DNA from: a virus
Lineage: Duplodnaviria > Caudoviricetes
Virus record (IMG/VR): IMGVR_UViG_3300031555_010858
Location: 32,001 to 96,000 of that record
DNA: 64,000 bases
Direction: 5' to 3' (one strand)
The translations under genes and the position numbers were made by a program. The notes under the pieces were generated by a model. It did not search any database. It saw only the letters and a program-made list of their open reading frames with translations, and was not told where the DNA came from. This document shows, piece after piece, positions 45,064 to 55,615 of the stretch. How positions within the stretch are numbered: the stretch's first letter is position 1; each line of letters starts with the position of its first letter.

Positions 45064-48000
45064 ATGTCTGAGAATAATAAAAAGAATAAATTAATCTCTG
45101 ATAAAAATAATACCTATTTTACAGAGAATAGAATAATGAGAGGTAGTTCTATTCCAACTGAAGGTACTTATTTAACTGGGGATATGATTATTAATGACAG
45201 TGCTACTTCTGTAGATGAACCTATATGGATTTGTAATGAAGGTGGTACACCAGGTGTATGGAGTTCAGTAAGTAGTACAAGTACAACTATAGTTCCAAAT
45301 TATAGAGATATGCTTAAAAGTAAAGCTAATGTTGGATCTATATTTTATATAATTTCAGATGAGTCTGATGACGACAATCCAGGATTTTATATAGTAACTT
45401 CTGTTAAAGAAGATGAAAATGGTAAAAAAGTACCAGCAACTTGGGATAAAATAAATAAAAAAGAATCATCAATACCAACTTTATCATATGATGCTAGTAT
45501 GCCAGAGGGTACTAAAATATATTTAAAAGACGATGAAGAATTAATTATAAAATTTAACTTTATGAGTAATACATATGGTGATGGTAAGTATCGTGTGTAT
45601 AGAGATGGTTCTTTAGTAAAAGCATGGAATGGAGCTAAAGGTTCTGTTATAGCTAACTTAGGTAGAATAACTACTGATGGTTCATATACTATAACAGTAA
45701 CTGCTACTGATTATTTAACTATACCTGCTCCAGAAACATTAACATTTAAAGTTATAGTCGGAGGATTAAAATTAACAAGTACATTTGAAGAAACCTTATT
45801 AACTGCTATTTATGAAGAAGGTGATTCTGTAGAATTCCCATATATAGCTTCATTAGCAGATGCTAGTGCTAATATGAAATTAAACATAGGAATCGTAAAT
45901 GTTGAAACTGGTGAAACTGTAGCAGAAACTACAGAAGTGTTAGAAGGAACATATATGGAATCTGTATGGACTTCAACTGGAATACCTAAACGTGGATTAT
46001 ATAGATTACATGCTCAAGCATATACAGGTGAAAGTGTAAATGATACTACTGAAGGTGTGTTTACATCTAATAAACTAGAATATGTATTTAGAGTTCTTGA
46101 AGAAAATGAAATAGCTATCATAGATGAAGCTAAAGACCAACAAGTTGATACTAATATGTATTTCTCTATTCCTTTTAGGGTTATATCTAAAATAGCAGAT
46201 TACTTTGTAATGACAGGTGAACTTTATAAAGATAACTTAGGATCATGGGAATTAGTTGCTAAAACTGCCGATGCAGGAATTTCTTCTAGGGTTAATATAA
46301 CTAACTATTGGTCAGTAGGTAAATTAGAAGAAGGTACTTATAGATATATTTTAAAAGCATATACTGTCGATAGACTTGTTGAAACAAAAGAACCAGCTAT
46401 AAAAGTTATGACAGTAGTTACATCAACATATCAAAAAGTTCCTTATATAGATAACCCTAACTTAATCGCATATTTCGATGCTAATGCAAAAAGAAATAAT
46501 GACGGTTCTCCAGATGTATGGCAAAACTCTTCTAGACATACAGGGGATAAATATAGAATATTACTTCATGGATTAAACTATTCATCTAATGGATGGAAAC
46601 ATATTGATGAAACATTAACTGATGAAGATGACGGAGAAATGATGCTTAAATTTACAGGTGAGTCATATGGGGAACTGGTTCAAATGGTAAATGGGGAACC
46701 ACGTCCTTATAGTCCATTCTCAATATTTAGTATGGGTGGTCAACAAGGATTTACACTTGAAACAGCTATACGTACTAGAAATATAGGGGAATTAAATGCT
46801 AGAGTCATGACATGTATGAAAGCAGACTCTATAGGCGACCCAGGTGTTGCTATATCATATGATACTATGGCTATAGGATCTAACTTACAAGTAAACAAAT
46901 TACAATTCGTGGAAGATGAATGGGTTCATATAACATTAGTAGTAGATAATAATGTCAGAACATTCGATCATGTCGGGCAAGCCATGATAGAAGATGCTAA
47001 CCCTACAAAAACACTTCGTGTATATATAAACGGTGTTCTTTGTTCTTGTACTACATTATCGGAAAAAGATGAATTCTTAGATGGTTCAAAACAAGCTTAT
47101 CCATTGATTCTTAATGCTTGTAGAATGATTAATGCTGCTGGCGAAATATCATTTGAGAACTTTGGGGAATGTGAAATAAAATTCATACGTATTTATAATA
47201 GTTTCTTAAAATCTTCTGAAGTATTACAAAACTACATATCTCATATATATGATAGTGAAGAACAACAGAAAAAAAATGATAAAAATAACTTAGAAATTGC
47301 ATCTTTACCTACAATAGTATTTAAAAGAAAAGGTGGAGAAGAATTTAAAGGAAACGCTAAATTTGCTACATTACACTCAATTAAAGATAAAAAAGAATCT
47401 AAAAAGACATTTGTTGACTGTGTAATGGAATATGATGATGGTGAAGGTAATATTATAGTTTTTGATAATGTTGACGTATATTTACAAGGTACATCTTCAC
47501 TACAATATCCTGTTAAAAACTATAAAATAAAAACATGGGTAGATCAAGAAAAAACATCTAAATTTAAATTTGCTCCTCCTAACGCACCTGATTGGGTAGA
47601 AGATAGCTGCTATACATTGAAATGTGACTATATGGAGCAATCACATAAAAATAATACACCTACTGCAAGATTCTATAATCAAGTTATAGACGAATTAGGT
47701 GGTATGTCTCCAGCTAAAAAAGACGGGTATCATGATGCTATAGATGGTTTCCCTTGTATAGTTTATTATAATGAAGGTGAAGCTAGTAGTGAAAACGTTT
47801 TAGTTGGATCATTTATGTTTAATATAGATAAAGAGGGTAAAGAATTAGGATTTGAATGTGATTTATATGATGACCACGGTGATGTTATAGGTTCTGGTAA
47901 AGATAGTTGTATTTCTTACGAAGCAACTGCCAATGCAAATGATACAGCAGGATGTTTCTATAAACTAGAAGATTCTATAAAAAACGTTTATAAATATTAT

Positions 48001-51000
48001 TTAGATGACTCTTATGAAGAATATCTTAAAGAATACGGTCTTACTCCAGAAAAATGTACAATGGATCAATTTAAAGCAGGTATAGCTGATGGAACTATAA
48101 GTTATTTGACATTCGAAGAATTCGTTGCAGATTATGATGAGATAGATTATATAATGGATGACTTTGAAGCTAGATATACATTTAACGAAGACGATGAAAA
48201 AGCTACTTATAGACCAATGGTTGACTTGGTTAATTGGGTAAGTGATTCTATAAAAGCTGGAACATTCAAAAAAGATTTTGAAGCTCATTTAGATTTAACT
48301 TACACATTAGCATATTATTTACAAATGCAAATGTTCACACAAGTCGACAACTGTGGTAAAAACTCAATGTGGGATACATGGGATGGAGTTAAATTCTATC
48401 CAAGACCATATGACATGGATACACAGATGGGACTTTCAAATACAGGTACAGAAATAATACGTGTTGACGCAGAAATATTAGACGATATGTCACCTACCAA
48501 CGCAGAAGGTACGTTTGCAGGTTCTAGTCATATTGATGAAACAACAGATTTACGTTACATGAACTATAATACTACATCAAGTAAACTTTGGAATGCTTTC
48601 GCTGAAGAGTTTAAAGATGAAATTAAAAAAGCATATAATCAATTAAGAAGTAGTGGAGTGTATTCTTATGAGAATATAACTAGATCTATATGGGCGGATA
48701 CAGATGATGTAATAGGAGAAATTTATTTTAATAAAGATGCCGCTTCTAAATATTTATCTCAAGTTACAGAAAAAGACTCTACTTATTTACAAATGCTTCA
48801 TGGTAACAGAGCACAAAAATATAAAAAATTCTTAAAAGAAAGATTGATATTCTTAGATACTATATTTGATTATAAAGAATCAGGTTCGTTAAATACTGAA
48901 ATAGGATTACGTTCAGATGCTGCATATGGTCAAGGTGAAGGTACTACAGTACGTTGTTATTTAGGTATAAGTACATATTCACCACAATATGTAACAGTAA
49001 GTATCGGTTCTGGTGCCGATGGTAAAGTTACTGCTTATGTTGGTCCTGAATCTAGATATAAAGACCCTGATACAGGAATAGAACATGAAGGAACACTATT
49101 CTCATTCCCAATAAGAGGTGTAAATAAAGAGATGGCTATAACTGGAGCAGGTAATATTAAGCGTATAAACAGATTACAATCATTGAACTTAACTGAAGCC
49201 AGAATAGAACATGCAACTAAAATACTTGAATTAGACTTCTCATATTCTAACCGTATGAATGGTCTTAAAGTAGGTAATAATATATACTTAAGAAATCTTA
49301 ACTGTACTAACTCTTATTTATTAGGTACAGCTACTGAATCTCAATCATTAGACCTAAGTAACTGTAAAAACTTAAAAACTGTTGATATAGCTTATACTGC
49401 ATTTACAGGTATAGTATTCCCTAGAGATACAGTGCTTAATAGTATAAACTTAACAGGAAGCAGTATTAAAAATATTTCAATAGATGGGGCAGAGTTCTTA
49501 GACGATATAAGAATTACTGGTTGTGATAATATAAATAAATTCGAATTAAACAGATGTAATAGAATTGAAACTGTTGATGTTGCTGGTTCAACAATACAAA
49601 ATTTCACAGTAACTAACTGTACAAAAGTTAAAGATGTTAATTTATCAGAATGTAAGTCTATAGCAGGTTTTGATGTTACTAATAGTTATAATATAGAGAC
49701 TTTAAATATGAAAGGTAATACTAGTCCAGTTATGAGGGACTTAAAACTGTATTCAATGTACAACTTGAAGAAACTTATAGTTTCACAAACAACATCAGCA
49801 CATACTATAAGATTACCTAAATATTTAAATGAAATAGAAGCAATTAAAGCAGCTAATGGTGAGTCTGCTTTACCATGGGATACGTTAGAACATCTAGACT
49901 TATCAAACTCAAGTGTAACAAAGATACAATACGGTTCTGAAGATGTTAAAGATGAAGTTATTGATATGATTCAATTAACTAATCTATCATTCTTATCATT
50001 TGATAGTGCAACATCATTAACAGAAATAAGAGATATACAATTTACAGGAAACTTACAAAGATTATTCTATGCATGTAAGAATTTAACTAAAATATCAGGA
50101 GAATTAACAAACGCAAATAATTCAATTTCAAATTTATTTGCAAGTTGTTATTTATTATCAGATATAGATGGACTTGATTTTAACTTTGTAGGAGTTACTA
50201 ATGCGTCTTATATGTTCGATAGATGTTTTAGAGCAAAAACACCTATGATTAAAAAATTATTAGATGCTTGTGGTGGAACGTTAACAGACATTACAGGAAT
50301 GTGTCATATGTATAGTGAAGACCAACTAGTTGGTATACTAGGTACTTCCGAAGATACTACAACTGAAATACCTGCTGATTTATTTAGTGAAAACCGTAAT
50401 TTACAAAATGCTTATCATGCATTTGATATTACAGGATATACTTCTGTACATGGAGATTTATTCAATCCTTGTGCAGACACAATAAATAATTTATCTTATA
50501 CATTTAGTAGAATGCCTAACTTAACTACAGTAGGACCAAATTTACTACATAATAAACCTAAATTAAACACAGTTTCATCTATATTTGCAAGTTCACATAA
50601 ATTAACACATTATATAGATGAATATCCTAATATATTTATAGGAAGTCCAAATATAACTTCTACATTTGCAATGTTTAGTGGTTGTTATACATTAGCATCT
50701 GGAGAAGAAGGACTAGGAGAAATGATGTATCCATTGGTTAATTTAACTAACTGTGCTTACATGTTCTTCGATTGTTATCAAAACTTAACATGTGAAATAC
50801 CTAATGGATTCTTATCTAAAAATACTAAATTGACTAAGATGAATGGTATGTTCCAAAGATGTAGAAAAATACCAACAGTACCAGAAAGTTTATTTAGAGT
50901 TAATATAGGGGATACTAATAAATTACCTAACTTAACTAAAGCTGTTGGTGTATTTGCTGAATGTAACGCTATGGAAGGTATAGTAAGTTCTAGATTCTTC

Positions 51001-52641
51001 TTAGGTGCTGAAAACTTAGTTAACCTTGGTATGAATACAGAAGATAACCAACCTTGGTCAACTGCTAGGTATCCAAATGAAGGTTTCTTCCAAGCTACTA
51101 GTATAACAGGTTATCATGAAACATTCTTAAATACTGTACCTAAAGTACAAATAGTAGCAGGAATGTTTAGAAACTGTAAATCATTAGTGGACTGTCACTA
51201 CTATGAAGGATCTAACGTATTAACACGTGGAAATAGTGTTTGTGAAGATTTATTTATAAATAACAAACTTATTTATGATATGGGTTGTTTCTTTGAAGGA
51301 TGTAGTAAAATTGAAGGACATATTCCTAAAGGTTTATTTAAAAATTCAGCTCAGTTATTACAAACTGTTTCATATATGTTTAGTGGTTGTGCTGCTCTTT
51401 CAGGAGTTAATATAGATGTTAGAAATGGTGAAGACCCACAAACTGGTATAAGTAATGAATGGTTTAAAAATTGTGGAAGTTTAACATCGGTTTCAGCATT
51501 TATAAATGGTTGTGAAACTTTCACTGGTACTATACCAGAAGATTTATTTGTAGATTGTGTTAACTTACAACAAGCACAATACTTCATGCAAAATTGTAAA
51601 ATGGTTTCTGGAGGAATACCATTATTATTATTCGATACTTGTAGAAAAACATTAACTAATACAACAGGTATGTTTGCTGGTTGTGAATCTATCGATGAAG
51701 AATTACCAACTGGTGAATATGAAACTGTGCAAGGTATAACATCATATAAACTAGTAACAGCGGATACTGAAGGTGCGTTACGTGTTGTAGAATTTATGAA
51801 CGATCCATTTACAGAAGTTGCTTATTCGGACGTTGTTAACTTATCTCCTAACTTAGCTACTATAATTAATGCTAGTGGTAACTATTATGTTATAGCTGAA
51901 ATAGGTGATGCTATAAAAGTTAATCAATTAGGATTATTGGCGGAATGTTTAGAACTTACTAGTATTTCTAACATGTTTAATAAATGTATAAAAATGCCAG
52001 GTGGAATACCACATGACTTATTATTTACAGAAAATCAATCTCGTAAATATACTAAACTTACAAATATTTCAGGATTATTTAAAGATTGTCAAGCTATAAA
52101 TAAAGGTTATATTGAAGAGGAGACAGGTATAACTTATATTTGTAATCCTGTATTATTTGAAAAATGTACAGCACTAACAGATTGTAGTTCTGTATTTAAT
52201 AGAATGTATAAAGTTCCTACTAACTGTCAAGTACATCCTAGAACATTTGATAAACAAGCTAAAGTTACTACTGTTTATGAATTATTTATGGGTACACCAG
52301 TTACAGGTGCTGTATCTCCATTATTATTTGGAAACTCAATAAACACTATTACAGATGCAAGAAAAATGTTCGCATTTACTAATATGACGAGTGTTGGAGC
52401 GACATTCTTAAATGGTGGAGGTCAAAATAAAAAATTAAGAATGGTTTATGGTATATTCTATAGATGTGCTAATCTTGAAGGTACATCTCCTGAATTCTGG
52501 AACGGAGCTAAATTTACAGCATTACAAGGAGATCAAAATGGTTTCTGGGGTGCATTACATCAATGTACTAAAGTAACTAACTATAATGCAGCTAAAGCTG
52601 TATCTGAAGATTGGATTAAACAACAACAAATTTACTTATAG
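45064..52641 (+). CDS. Large fibre-like late protein: beta-sandwich/LamG region, CotH-like kinase domain, leucine-rich (BspA-like) repeats
   Basis: N-terminal PT.GT...GD..W.C..GTPG.W fibre motif; EWVHITLV/LRVYINGV; QGTSS..YP.KNYK, DNCGKN, PYDMD; C-terminal Cys-containing LRRs. Confidence 0.75.
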   Translation: MSENNKKNKLISDKNNTYFTENRIMRGSSIPTEGTYLTGDMIINDSATSVDEPIWICNEGGTPGVWSSVSSTSTTIVPNYRDMLKSKANVGSIFYIISDESDDDNPGFYIVTSVKEDENGKKVPATWDKINKKESSIPTLSYDASMPEGTKIYLKDDEELIIKFNFMSNTYGDGKYRVYRDGSLVKAWNGAKGSVIANLGRITTDGSYTITVTATDYLTIPAPETLTFKVIVGGLKLTSTFEETLLTAIYEEGDSVEFPYIASLADASANMKLNIGIVNVETGETVAETTEVLEGTYMESVWTSTGIPKRGLYRLHAQAYTGESVNDTTEGVFTSNKLEYVFRVLEENEIAIIDEAKDQQVDTNMYFSIPFRVISKIADYFVMTGELYKDNLGSWELVAKTADAGISSRVNITNYWSVGKLEEGTYRYILKAYTVDRLVETKEPAIKVMTVVTSTYQKVPYIDNPNLIAYFDANAKRNNDGSPDVWQNSSRHTGDKYRILLHGLNYSSNGWKHIDETLTDEDDGEMMLKFTGESYGELVQMVNGEPRPYSPFSIFSMGGQQGFTLETAIRTRNIGELNARVMTCMKADSIGDPGVAISYDTMAIGSNLQVNKLQFVEDEWVHITLVVDNNVRTFDHVGQAMIEDANPTKTLRVYINGVLCSCTTLSEKDEFLDGSKQAYPLILNACRMINAAGEISFENFGECEIKFIRIYNSFLKSSEVLQNYISHIYDSEEQQKKNDKNNLEIASLPTIVFKRKGGEEFKGNAKFATLHSIKDKKESKKTFVDCVMEYDDGEGNIIVFDNVDVYLQGTSSLQYPVKNYKIKTWVDQEKTSKFKFAPPNAPDWVEDSCYTLKCDYMEQSHKNNTPTARFYNQVIDELGGMSPAKKDGYHDAIDGFPCIVYYNEGEASSENVLVGSFMFNIDKEGKELGFECDLYDDHGDVIGSGKDSCISYEATANANDTAGCFYKLEDSIKNVYKYYLDDSYEEYLKEYGLTPEKCTMDQFKAGIADGTISYLTFEEFVADYDEIDYIMDDFEARYTFNEDDEKATYRPMVDLVNWVSDSIKAGTFKKDFEAHLDLTYTLAYYLQMQMFTQVDNCGKNSMWDTWDGVKFYPRPYDMDTQMGLSNTGTEIIRVDAEILDDMSPTNAEGTFAGSSHIDETTDLRYMNYNTTSSKLWNAFAEEFKDEIKKAYNQLRSSGVYSYENITRSIWADTDDVIGEIYFNKDAASKYLSQVTEKDSTYLQMLHGNRAQKYKKFLKERLIFLDTIFDYKESGSLNTEIGLRSDAAYGQGEGTTVRCYLGISTYSPQYVTVSIGSGADGKVTAYVGPESRYKDPDTGIEHEGTLFSFPIRGVNKEMAITGAGNIKRINRLQSLNLTEARIEHATKILELDFSYSNRMNGLKVGNNIYLRNLNCTNSYLLGTATESQSLDLSNCKNLKTVDIAYTAFTGIVFPRDTVLNSINLTGSSIKNISIDGAEFLDDIRITGCDNINKFELNRCNRIETVDVAGSTIQNFTVTNCTKVKDVNLSECKSIAGFDVTNSYNIETLNMKGNTSPVMRDLKLYSMYNLKKLIVSQTTSAHTIRLPKYLNEIEAIKAANGESALPWDTLEHLDLSNSSVTKIQYGSEDVKDEVIDMIQLTNLSFLSFDSATSLTEIRDIQFTGNLQRLFYACKNLTKISGELTNANNSISNLFASCYLLSDIDGLDFNFVGVTNASYMFDRCFRAKTPMIKKLLDACGGTLTDITGMCHMYSEDQLVGILGTSEDTTTEIPADLFSENRNLQNAYHAFDITGYTSVHGDLFNPCADTINNLSYTFSRMPNLTTVGPNLLHNKPKLNTVSSIFASSHKLTHYIDEYPNIFIGSPNITSTFAMFSGCYTLASGEEGLGEMMYPLVNLTNCAYMFFDCYQNLTCEIPNGFLSKNTKLTKMNGMFQRCRKIPTVPESLFRVNIGDTNKLPNLTKAVGVFAECNAMEGIVSSRFFLGAENLVNLGMNTEDNQPWSTARYPNEGFFQATSITGYHETFLNTVPKVQIVAGMFRNCKSLVDCHYYEGSNVLTRGNSVCEDLFINNKLIYDMGCFFEGCSKIEGHIPKGLFKNSAQLLQTVSYMFSGCAALSGVNIDVRNGEDPQTGISNEWFKNCGSLTSVSAFINGCETFTGTIPEDLFVDCVNLQQAQYFMQNCKMVSGGIPLLLFDTCRKTLTNTTGMFAGCESIDEELPTGEYETVQGITSYKLVTADTEGALRVVEFMNDPFTEVAYSDVVNLSPNLATIINASGNYYVIAEIGDAIKVNQLGLLAECLELTSISNMFNKCIKMPGGIPHDLLFTENQSRKYTKLTNISGLFKDCQAINKGYIEEETGITYICNPVLFEKCTALTDCSSVFNRMYKVPTNCQVHPRTFDKQAKVTTVYELFMGTPVTGAVSPLLFGNSINTITDARKMFAFTNMTSVGATFLNGGGQNKKLRMVYGIFYRCANLEGTSPEFWNGAKFTALQGDQNGFWGALHQCTKVTNYNAAKAVSEDWIKQQQIYL

Positions 52642-52648
52642 AATTTTT

Positions 52649-52687
52649 AAAATACATAGAGGACTTTTCCTCTATGTATTTTCTTTT
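52649..52687 (+). terminator. Intrinsic terminator
   Basis: AAAATACATAGAGGA-cttt-TCCTCTATGTATTTT. Confidence 0.8.
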
Positions 52688-52688
52688 A

Positions 52689-52727
52689 TGTAAAACATGT
52701 ATTTTTCAATTATATATTATATCGAGG
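52689..52727 (+). promoter_or_regulatory. Early promoter
   Basis: TGTAAAACATGTATTTTTCAATTATATATTATATCGAGG. Confidence 0.7.
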
Positions 52728-52755
52728 AATACAAGAAAATAAGGAGGTTGGTAAT

Positions 52756-52992
52756 ATGAAAAAATCTACATTAATAACAATTGCTGATATAGTAAATAAC
52801 ATTGATAACTCTGCAAGAGATTTATATGAAATGTTGGATTTATTAAACGTAACAGAAAATGAGAAAGAAAGAATAACTGATGCAATTATGATTACAGCAG
52901 AAAAAATAGCACAATTAAGACGTGCTAAAATAAGTGAATTAGATGAGTTTGTAGATGTTAATTATATAGAAACACATATTAATAGATATTAG
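52756..52992 (+). CDS. Hypothetical protein (early)
   Basis: 78 aa; AAGGAGG RBS. Confidence 0.75.
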   Translation: MKKSTLITIADIVNNIDNSARDLYEMLDLLNVTENEKERITDAIMITAEKIAQLRRAKISELDEFVDVNYIETHINRY

Positions 52993-53004
52993 GAGGTAAT
53001 GTAT

Positions 53005-53520
53005 ATGGAACAAGAATATTGTATAATATATGGATATAACAATGTTGATCCTGGTCCATTTATAATTGGTGTAACTAAAGATCAAAATATGATAAATGGA
53101 TTTAGAGAAGAACATTACCATTTCTGTAAGGGTGGAGAAATAATGGTTGACAGCTTTTATGATAATTTAGCAAGTGATTATGAAATACAATATTTGGCAG
53201 GACATTATCTAACTCCTATGATGATAACAAAATTTATGGAATATCTAACATCACAATATAATCAATTATTTATGTATTTTGATAATATTGAAAGAGATTT
53301 AGATAATCTGAGATTTAGTGAATATGAATATGAAATATTAGATGATGGGTTTGGTTTATTAAGAGAACATTTAGGGGAATTAATGTATACAGTAAATACA
53401 TTAAATATATATGGTGAAGCGGACGTAATAGAAGATTCGGTTTATGGTGCAATATTAAACATACCATTATGTTTAGAAAGATTCTTAGCATCATATCAAC
53501 CAGAAGCAGGATTATATTAA
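53005..53520 (+). CDS. Hypothetical protein (early, acidic)
   Basis: AGGAGG spacing favours ATG 53005 over 52999. Confidence 0.75.
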   Translation: MEQEYCIIYGYNNVDPGPFIIGVTKDQNMINGFREEHYHFCKGGEIMVDSFYDNLASDYEIQYLAGHYLTPMMITKFMEYLTSQYNQLFMYFDNIERDLDNLRFSEYEYEILDDGFGLLREHLGELMYTVNTLNIYGEADVIEDSVYGAILNIPLCLERFLASYQPEAGLY

Positions 53521-53550
53521 GGATATAACCTTCAGGTTATATCTTTTTTT
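53519..53550 (+). terminator. Intrinsic terminator
   Basis: GATATAACC-ttca-GGTTATATC followed by a T run. Confidence 0.8.
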
Positions 53551-53556
53551 CTTATC

Positions 53557-53568
53557 TACAATTTTATA
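53557..53568 (+). promoter_or_regulatory. Late-promoter variant TACA-ATTTTA-TA
   Basis: Lies between a terminator and the RBS of CDS 53584. Confidence 0.5.
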
Positions 53569-53583
53569 AAGGAGAGTGATACA

Positions 53584-54279
53584 ATGAGATTGGTACCAAA
53601 ACAAATAGAAAGTTATAAGAATGATAGACTTATAGAGGAAGTTGATATTTCTAAGATCCCTGATGTTGATATGATATATAATATAGCTTCTGAGAAAGAT
53701 AAGATTAAAACTGTTAAGACATGTGAAAGAATGATACGTTCTAGTTTAGAGTATAAAGATTACATTAAGTTTCTTAAAGATTATATTGATATGACTAAAT
53801 GTAGTTTCTTTGGAAATTCTAAGATGGATCATTATAGTAAGTTTAAAGTAGAAATTCATCATTCGCCATTTACATTATATGATATAACTATGACGGTTCT
53901 TCTTAAACACATGGATTATTATGGGGAAATTAATCTATTTGAAATATGTGAAGAAGTTATGAAATTACATTATCAATGTAGAGTTGGGTTAATACCTTTA
54001 TCAACAACAGTTCATAAGTTAGTACATGAGGGAATGTTATTTATACCTGTTCAAAATGTTAGAGGAGATTGGTTATTATTCTATAAAGAATATGAACCTT
54101 ATATGCCTCAAGATATGAAAGACAAGTTAAAGAATATAGTAAAATTCTCTAAAGAATGTCAAGATTATTCTCTATTGGAAACTAAATATACATATATTGA
54201 TGTAGATGGTTTCAGACCTTTATCTTTAATAGGACAGGAAGAATTTATGAAGAAGATTGTTACAGATCCAAAAAAATAA
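53584..54279 (+). CDS. Hypothetical protein with HNH-like His pattern
   Basis: C..F...VEIHH.PF..GLIPLS.TVH.LVH. Confidence 0.55.
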   Translation: MRLVPKQIESYKNDRLIEEVDISKIPDVDMIYNIASEKDKIKTVKTCERMIRSSLEYKDYIKFLKDYIDMTKCSFFGNSKMDHYSKFKVEIHHSPFTLYDITMTVLLKHMDYYGEINLFEICEEVMKLHYQCRVGLIPLSTTVHKLVHEGMLFIPVQNVRGDWLLFYKEYEPYMPQDMKDKLKNIVKFSKECQDYSLLETKYTYIDVDGFRPLSLIGQEEFMKKIVTDPKK

Positions 54280-54288
54280 GAAAAATAA

Positions 54289-54300
54289 AACAAATATTTA
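54289..54300 (+). promoter_or_regulatory. Late promoter AACA-AATATT-TA
   Basis: Consensus match upstream of CDS 54323. Confidence 0.6.
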
Positions 54301-54322
54301 AAACAAGGAAGGAGTGTAAAAG

Positions 54323-54649
54323 ATGGAAAACGAAATAAGATATTATCCGTATAATATGATAGGTGAACTAGTGAACGCTGATACTGAAAGTGTAACCAAT
54401 ATGTTAAAATCTATGGGTATATTGGCAATAGAAGAAAATCCTAATACTACTGTTAAATTAGGAAAACTCTGTGTTAATATAAAATTTAGAGCTAGGGAAA
54501 GAGAATTATACGCATTATATTTTAGGGAGAGATTTATTTTTAAACGTGGTAGACAACATTTCATTTTTGAAATAACTGATGAGTTCGTTGAATTTGTTAA
54601 AGATAAAATCGAGAAAGAGGGGTGCTTATATAATGTACAATTTAAATAA
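54323..54649 (+). CDS. Hypothetical protein
   Basis: 108 aa; AAGGAG RBS. Confidence 0.7.
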   Translation: MENEIRYYPYNMIGELVNADTESVTNMLKSMGILAIEENPNTTVKLGKLCVNIKFRARERELYALYFRERFIFKRGRQHFIFEITDEFVEFVKDKIEKEGCLYNVQFK

Positions 54650-55133
54650 TAAATACTGTACATTGGAAATTCTATTAAATGAACTTTATTGTTTATTTGA
54701 AGTAGATTCTCCTGTGTTTATCGATGACCTTGGCTATAAATGGTATGAATTAGTTAACGTTCTTAGGATATTACAAATAGATGAAGAAGAGTATATAAAT
54801 GGATGTTATCTAATGACTATTGAGGATGACACTTTTATATCAGAAGAGGGTATAAATATATTACTGTTAGATTATGACAATGAATATAGAGATGAAATAA
54901 TGAACTATTTAACACTAGATGTTATGCCAGATATTAAATCAGATTTAATGTACTTAGGTTATGACCTAATAGAAAGTGTTAAAAATATTTCATTAAAAAC
55001 GATGAGTGAAAATAATAATGAATTTAATGCAGCTGCAAAAATGAATAATTATGTTTCGAAAAAAACACATAGAATTTCAAAAAGAGACGATATGAGAAAT
55101 GAAACTAAAAATAAAAAGAGACATAAACGTTAA
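54633..55133 (+). CDS. Bro-N-like protein (degenerate)
   Basis: KWY....V..IL, FISEEGI..L and DVMP.I resemble Bro-N; GAGGGG RBS before ATG 54633. Confidence 0.5.
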   Translation: MYNLNNKYCTLEILLNELYCLFEVDSPVFIDDLGYKWYELVNVLRILQIDEEEYINGCYLMTIEDDTFISEEGINILLLDYDNEYRDEIMNYLTLDVMPDIKSDLMYLGYDLIESVKNISLKTMSENNNEFNAAAKMNNYVSKKTHRISKRDDMRNETKNKKRHKR

Positions 55134-55162
55134 TGAAATTTTATCCAACATAACAATTATGT

Positions 55163-55438
55163 AGGGAGAAGAATAAAAGTGGAGGGTACGGGAGTATGTG
55201 TATATACTACATTATATATATGCTCGCTAGATTGCATCTCGCCACCGAGGCTTAGTAGGTTTATTCTCAACTAATCACACTTTTGGCTAATAGTGTGGTG
55301 TACCGTATACTGATGTAGGAGTGAGCGGTATTTGTTAATAGTGTTACTTATCAATAGTGGATAAGGTAAGATAGCATTATTAACTAAATAAAATATGTGT
55401 ATATAGTGAATTCATATCACTATATACACATATTTTTT
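55163..55438 (+). ncRNA. Candidate ~275-nt highly structured late ncRNA
   Basis: Late promoter AACA-ATTATG-TA at 55152-55163; GC-enriched; several G-U-rich stems; strong terminal hairpin plus U run; no long ORF. Confidence 0.65.
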
Positions 55439-55552
55439 CCGTACTGTTTAATTAAATAAAAAATATATTTTATCAAATTTTATTGGAGGTAAAATTCTAA
55501 TGATCCCAGAGAGATCTTAGAGTAGTCCTATGACTACTTATAGATATGTTTG

Positions 55553-55591
55553 TGTAAATTGGTGTTATTTTGATTATATATTATAATAGTG
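55553..55591 (+). promoter_or_regulatory. Early promoter
   Basis: TGTAAATTGGTGTTATTTTGATTATATATTATAATAGTG. Confidence 0.7.
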
Positions 55592-55615
55592 AATAAATAT
55601 AAGGAGGTATTTAAT

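Noticed and set aside
49150-52641. Diversity-generating retroelement target in the LRR protein
   Set aside because: No template/variable repeat pair or reverse transcriptase seen in this window.
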